Source of the DNA: a virus
Taxonomy: Duplodnaviria > Caudoviricetes
Direction: 5' to 3' (one strand)
DNA length: 27,504 bases
IMG/VR virus record: IMGVR_UViG_3300025875_000086
Span: 1-27,504 of that record
In this document: positions 24,896 to 27,504 of the stretch, piece after piece
How the letters are laid out: each line of letters begins with the position of its first letter
Position numbering within the stretch: the stretch's first letter is position 1
The notes under the pieces: model-generated
Seen by the model: only the letters and a program-made list of their open reading frames with translations
The model's database searches: none
Told to the model about the DNA's origin: nothing
Position numbers and translations under genes: made by a program

Positions 24896-25258
24896 ATGAA
24901 GAACGAGAACACCGAGCGGCTCGAAGAGTACGGGCAGCGTCTAGTCGAAGCGAGTTTCCGCGTCTGGGTCACCGCGACCCACAGCCGCAGCGGAGGCTTC
25001 CTGACCTACGAGCGGGGCGGGTTCTGGGGTCACCTCCAGGAGTCCACCTACGAGGGCTGGCAGCACGACATGCCTCTCGTACCCAGCCGGGAGTTCGGCT
25101 CCGCGATGTTCATCGGTGTCCCCGTCGAAGACGTCTGGTCGGTCGAGGCTGCGGAGCAGGCGGCGCAAGCCACCAACCACAATGACATCGTCGGTACCCA
25201 GCGCAACGCCGGCGACAAGACGTGGCTCTCCAAAGACGCCTACCCCCTCCACAAGTAG
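24896..25258 (+). CDS. Hypothetical protein
   Basis: 120 aa, GGAG RBS, directly downstream of P5. Confidence 0.8.
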   Translation: MKNENTERLEEYGQRLVEASFRVWVTATHSRSGGFLTYERGGFWGHLQESTYEGWQHDMPLVPSREFGSAMFIGVPVEDVWSVEAAEQAAQATNHNDIVGTQRNAGDKTWLSKDAYPLHK

Positions 25259-25264
25259 CACCCC

Positions 25265-25288
25265 TGGCGGGGCCTACGGGCCCCGCCA
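25265..25288 (+). other. Intergenic stem-loop with a cUACGg tetraloop
   Basis: Perfect 10-bp stem TGGCGGGGCC-TACG-GGCCCCGCCA; no U-tract. Confidence 0.8.
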
Positions 25289-25312
25289 CCCCTCCCCTTG
25301 AGAGTGAGCACC

Positions 25313-25633
25313 ATGAGTTTGTTCTGCTGCCCCGTAGGGCACGCCGAGAATCCGCCCGAGACCTGGTCGGTCGAGAAGATCGCACCTCGGACCTGGGTCA
25401 TCTCGACCGGAGTGTCGTCCTACGCCCGGATCTCCAGCTACGGCACCAAGCGAGCCGCTCAGGACGCGATCGACTACTCCTGGGCCCCTCTCTACAACCG
25501 TGAGACCGCCTGGTACGAGGGCTCTACGCTCCTCGGCTGGCGCCCCTACGAACCCCGCCCCTGCAAGAACCACCCCACGGTCGACGAGCACGCCTTCGAC
25601 CTCGACGAGGAGCGCTTCGGCCCTCAGGACTAG
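25313..25633 (+). CDS. Hypothetical protein
   Basis: ATG 25313 after GAGAGTGAG; 106 aa. Confidence 0.72.
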   Translation: MSLFCCPVGHAENPPETWSVEKIAPRTWVISTGVSSYARISSYGTKRAAQDAIDYSWAPLYNRETAWYEGSTLLGWRPYEPRPCKNHPTVDEHAFDLDEERFGPQD

Positions 25634-25641
25634 GAGTCCGC

Positions 25642-26214
25642 ATGACCAAGCAACACGACCAGATCGTCGACAAGATTGTCGAGACCGTGGCCAACTTCGC
25701 CGGTCGGCAGATGTGCGAGGAGTTCCCCTACGCCACGACCGGAGACGTCGGAGCCGAGTCGATCGACGGCTTGGACGCGGCCGTCCGCACCTTCGCCAAC
25801 GAGTGGATCGAGAACAACGTGAGGCCGATGTACTTCTCCGGGGACTGGTGTGAGCCGGAGAACGGGGTCGGCCCCTGGGAGGCCTACGAGGCTGTCCGGT
25901 TCGGTCCGTCTTGGAACGGCTGGGCGACTCCGCTGGTGACCCGGGCGGTCGCCGAGCGCATCGTCGAGCGCCAGCAGCGCATAGCCCGCGAACACCCCGG
26001 GATCGACGCCCGGCTCCTGATGTGGCACAACGACACCCTGGTCGTGGTCGAGGAGGACGAGTCCCACTACGCCGATCTCATCGAGCCGACCGAGGACGGG
26101 CTCTACGACGTCAGCCTCGGCTGGTGCTGGAGCCGCCTCGATCGGATGACCGACCTGCACTTCCGCGTCTGCCTTTCCAATGGCGGCGTCCGGGACTACT
26201 CGACGACAAGCTGA
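25642..26214 (+). CDS. Hypothetical protein (WNGW..P motif)
   Basis: TAGGAG RBS; 190 aa, acidic and Trp-rich: SWNGWATPLVT...YDVSLGWCW. Confidence 0.8.
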   Translation: MTKQHDQIVDKIVETVANFAGRQMCEEFPYATTGDVGAESIDGLDAAVRTFANEWIENNVRPMYFSGDWCEPENGVGPWEAYEAVRFGPSWNGWATPLVTRAVAERIVERQQRIAREHPGIDARLLMWHNDTLVVVEEDESHYADLIEPTEDGLYDVSLGWCWSRLDRMTDLHFRVCLSNGGVRDYSTTS

Positions 26215-26281
26215 CAGCACCGCCCGACCCAGCTTTACTGGCAAGACCCTCCCCGCTCGTCTACCACCGAAGGAAGCAGCC

Positions 26282-27454
26282 ATGACCCGCTACGACTACA
26301 CAGACACGTTCGCTGGACCCGGCGGCTGGGACATCGCCGGTCATGCCATGGGACTCAACGGCCTCGGCCTGGAGGTCGACTCCTCGGCGTGCGCCACCCG
26401 GCGCATGGCGCGGCTTCCAACGGTGGAGGGCGACGTCCGCAAGTACGGTCCGCAGGACTTCCCCAGGACGCCGGGCTTCATCGGCTCGCCGCCCTGCCAG
26501 ACGTTCTCCCGGGCCGGCAAGGGGTCGGGCCGCGGCTCGATCGAGGGCCTGGTCGCGGCGGTCTACTCCATGGCCCGCTACGGGGCCAGCGGCCAGCACC
26601 TGTTCGAGGACGAGAAGACGGAGTTGGTGCTCGAGCCGCTCCGGTGGATGCTCCAGGCGATCGACCTCGGCCAGGCCTACCAGTGGATCGCCCTGGAGCA
26701 GGTCCCGGCCGTCCTGCCCATCTGGGAGGCGATCGGCAACGTCCTCCGGGAGAACGGCTACAGCGTCGCTGTGGGCCTGCTGAACGCCGAGCAGTACGGA
26801 GTGCCCCAGACCCGCCAGCGGGCGATCTTGGTGGCCAACAGGATCCGCCTCGTGTCCCTGCCGACTCCGACCCACTCCCAGTACCACGTCCGCACCCCGA
26901 AGCGTCTGGACGCCGGTGTGGCGCCCTGGCGCAGCATGGCCGACGGCCTCGGCTGGACCGGGACCGACCTCATCGGCTTCCCCCGCAAGTACGACGGCGG
27001 ATCGGGTGGACCGGTGGAGCTCGGTGGCAAGACGTACCGCCGCCGCGACCTCCGGTCGGCTGACCAGCCGTCGTTCACCGTGACCGAGAAGGCCCGGTCG
27101 TGGACCCGCTGGGAGATCGAGCAAGAGATGGAGAACGGCGTCCTGCCGGACGGCCAGCAGCGCCTCAACAACCAGTCGGGCACGAAGTTCGACCTCGGCT
27201 GGCCGATGGACCGGCCCTCGCCGGTCATCGCCGGTCGTGGCCTGGTCACGATGCCGGGTGCCAACGCCAACCGGTTCAACGGCAGCACCAAGAGCCGCAA
27301 CGACGGCGTCCGGATCACGGTCGAGGAGGCCGCGCGTCTCCAGTCCGTCCCGGCCTCGCACGTCTTCCAGGGCACCAAGACCAAGCAGTTCGAGCAGGTC
27401 GGGAACATGGTTCCCCCGCTGCTGGCCGGCGCGGTGATCCGTGCCGCAAGTTGA
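26282..27454 (+). CDS. DNA (cytosine-5)-methyltransferase
   Basis: Motif I FAGPGG, IV GSPPCQTFS, VI LEQV, VIII YGVPQTRQR, IX EAARLQS, X QVGNMVPP; ATG 26282 after AAGGAAG. Confidence 0.95.
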   Translation: MTRYDYTDTFAGPGGWDIAGHAMGLNGLGLEVDSSACATRRMARLPTVEGDVRKYGPQDFPRTPGFIGSPPCQTFSRAGKGSGRGSIEGLVAAVYSMARYGASGQHLFEDEKTELVLEPLRWMLQAIDLGQAYQWIALEQVPAVLPIWEAIGNVLRENGYSVAVGLLNAEQYGVPQTRQRAILVANRIRLVSLPTPTHSQYHVRTPKRLDAGVAPWRSMADGLGWTGTDLIGFPRKYDGGSGGPVELGGKTYRRRDLRSADQPSFTVTEKARSWTRWEIEQEMENGVLPDGQQRLNNQSGTKFDLGWPMDRPSPVIAGRGLVTMPGANANRFNGSTKSRNDGVRITVEEAARLQSVPASHVFQGTKTKQFEQVGNMVPPLLAGAVIRAAS

Positions 27455-27479
27455 CAGACGCTCGACGATGGCCTAGAGT
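27451..27479 (+). promoter_or_regulatory. Promoter P6 (likely leaderless transcript)
   Basis: TTGACA-N17-TAGAGT with ATGGCC; an ATG lies 6 nt after the -10 with no RBS; the MTase stop codon lies within the -35. Confidence 0.85.
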
Positions 27480-27485
27480 AGAGAC

Positions 27486-27504
27486 ATGAGCACAGCAACA
27501 GCGA
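27486..27504 (+). CDS. 5' end of the next gene (truncated by the window)
   Basis: ATG AGC ACA GCA ACA GCG at the predicted transcription start of P6. Confidence 0.5.

Noticed and set aside
21630-27479. Repeats as a CRISPR array or true integron attC sites
   Set aside because: Spacing is irregular (91 bp to 2.6 kb), the repeats are promoter-shaped rather than palindromic, and no cas or integrase gene is in the window.

Overview
This window is part of a high-GC tailed phage genome (siphovirus-like, most likely an actinobacteriophage). All supported genes lie on the + strand. Positions 1-21318 hold the virion and lysis region, in this order: terminase large subunit (3' part), portal, an unusually long MuF-type protein, scaffold, small capsid accessory protein, major capsid, SAP-motif protein, head-tail connectors, tail tube, tail assembly chaperone (apparently with a +1 frameshift), tape measure, distal tail, a large tail-tip/fibre with a C-terminal S74-type chaperone, an EEP-family hydrolase, and three small genes of which two are holin-like membrane proteins. 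No endolysin is visible. A ~1.06 kb non-coding control region follows (21319-22380). It contains a CGCG-dense tract, three tandem sigma-A-like promoters, and a ~500-nt structured leader with a hairpin followed by an 18-nt match to the actinobacterial rRNA-operon boxA (match recalled from memory, not searched). Next comes an array of small putative early genes, punctuated by repeats of the same promoter (TTGACA-N17-TAGAGT with ATGGCC before the -10) and by hairpin+RBS units, ending in a C5 DNA methyltransferase. The most notable items are the rrn-like promoter/boxB/boxA leader, the promoter-bounded gene-cassette array, an origin-like repeat/Z-DNA element inside the tail operon, and the +1 frameshift. 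Functional calls rest on motifs and gene order; no database search was run.
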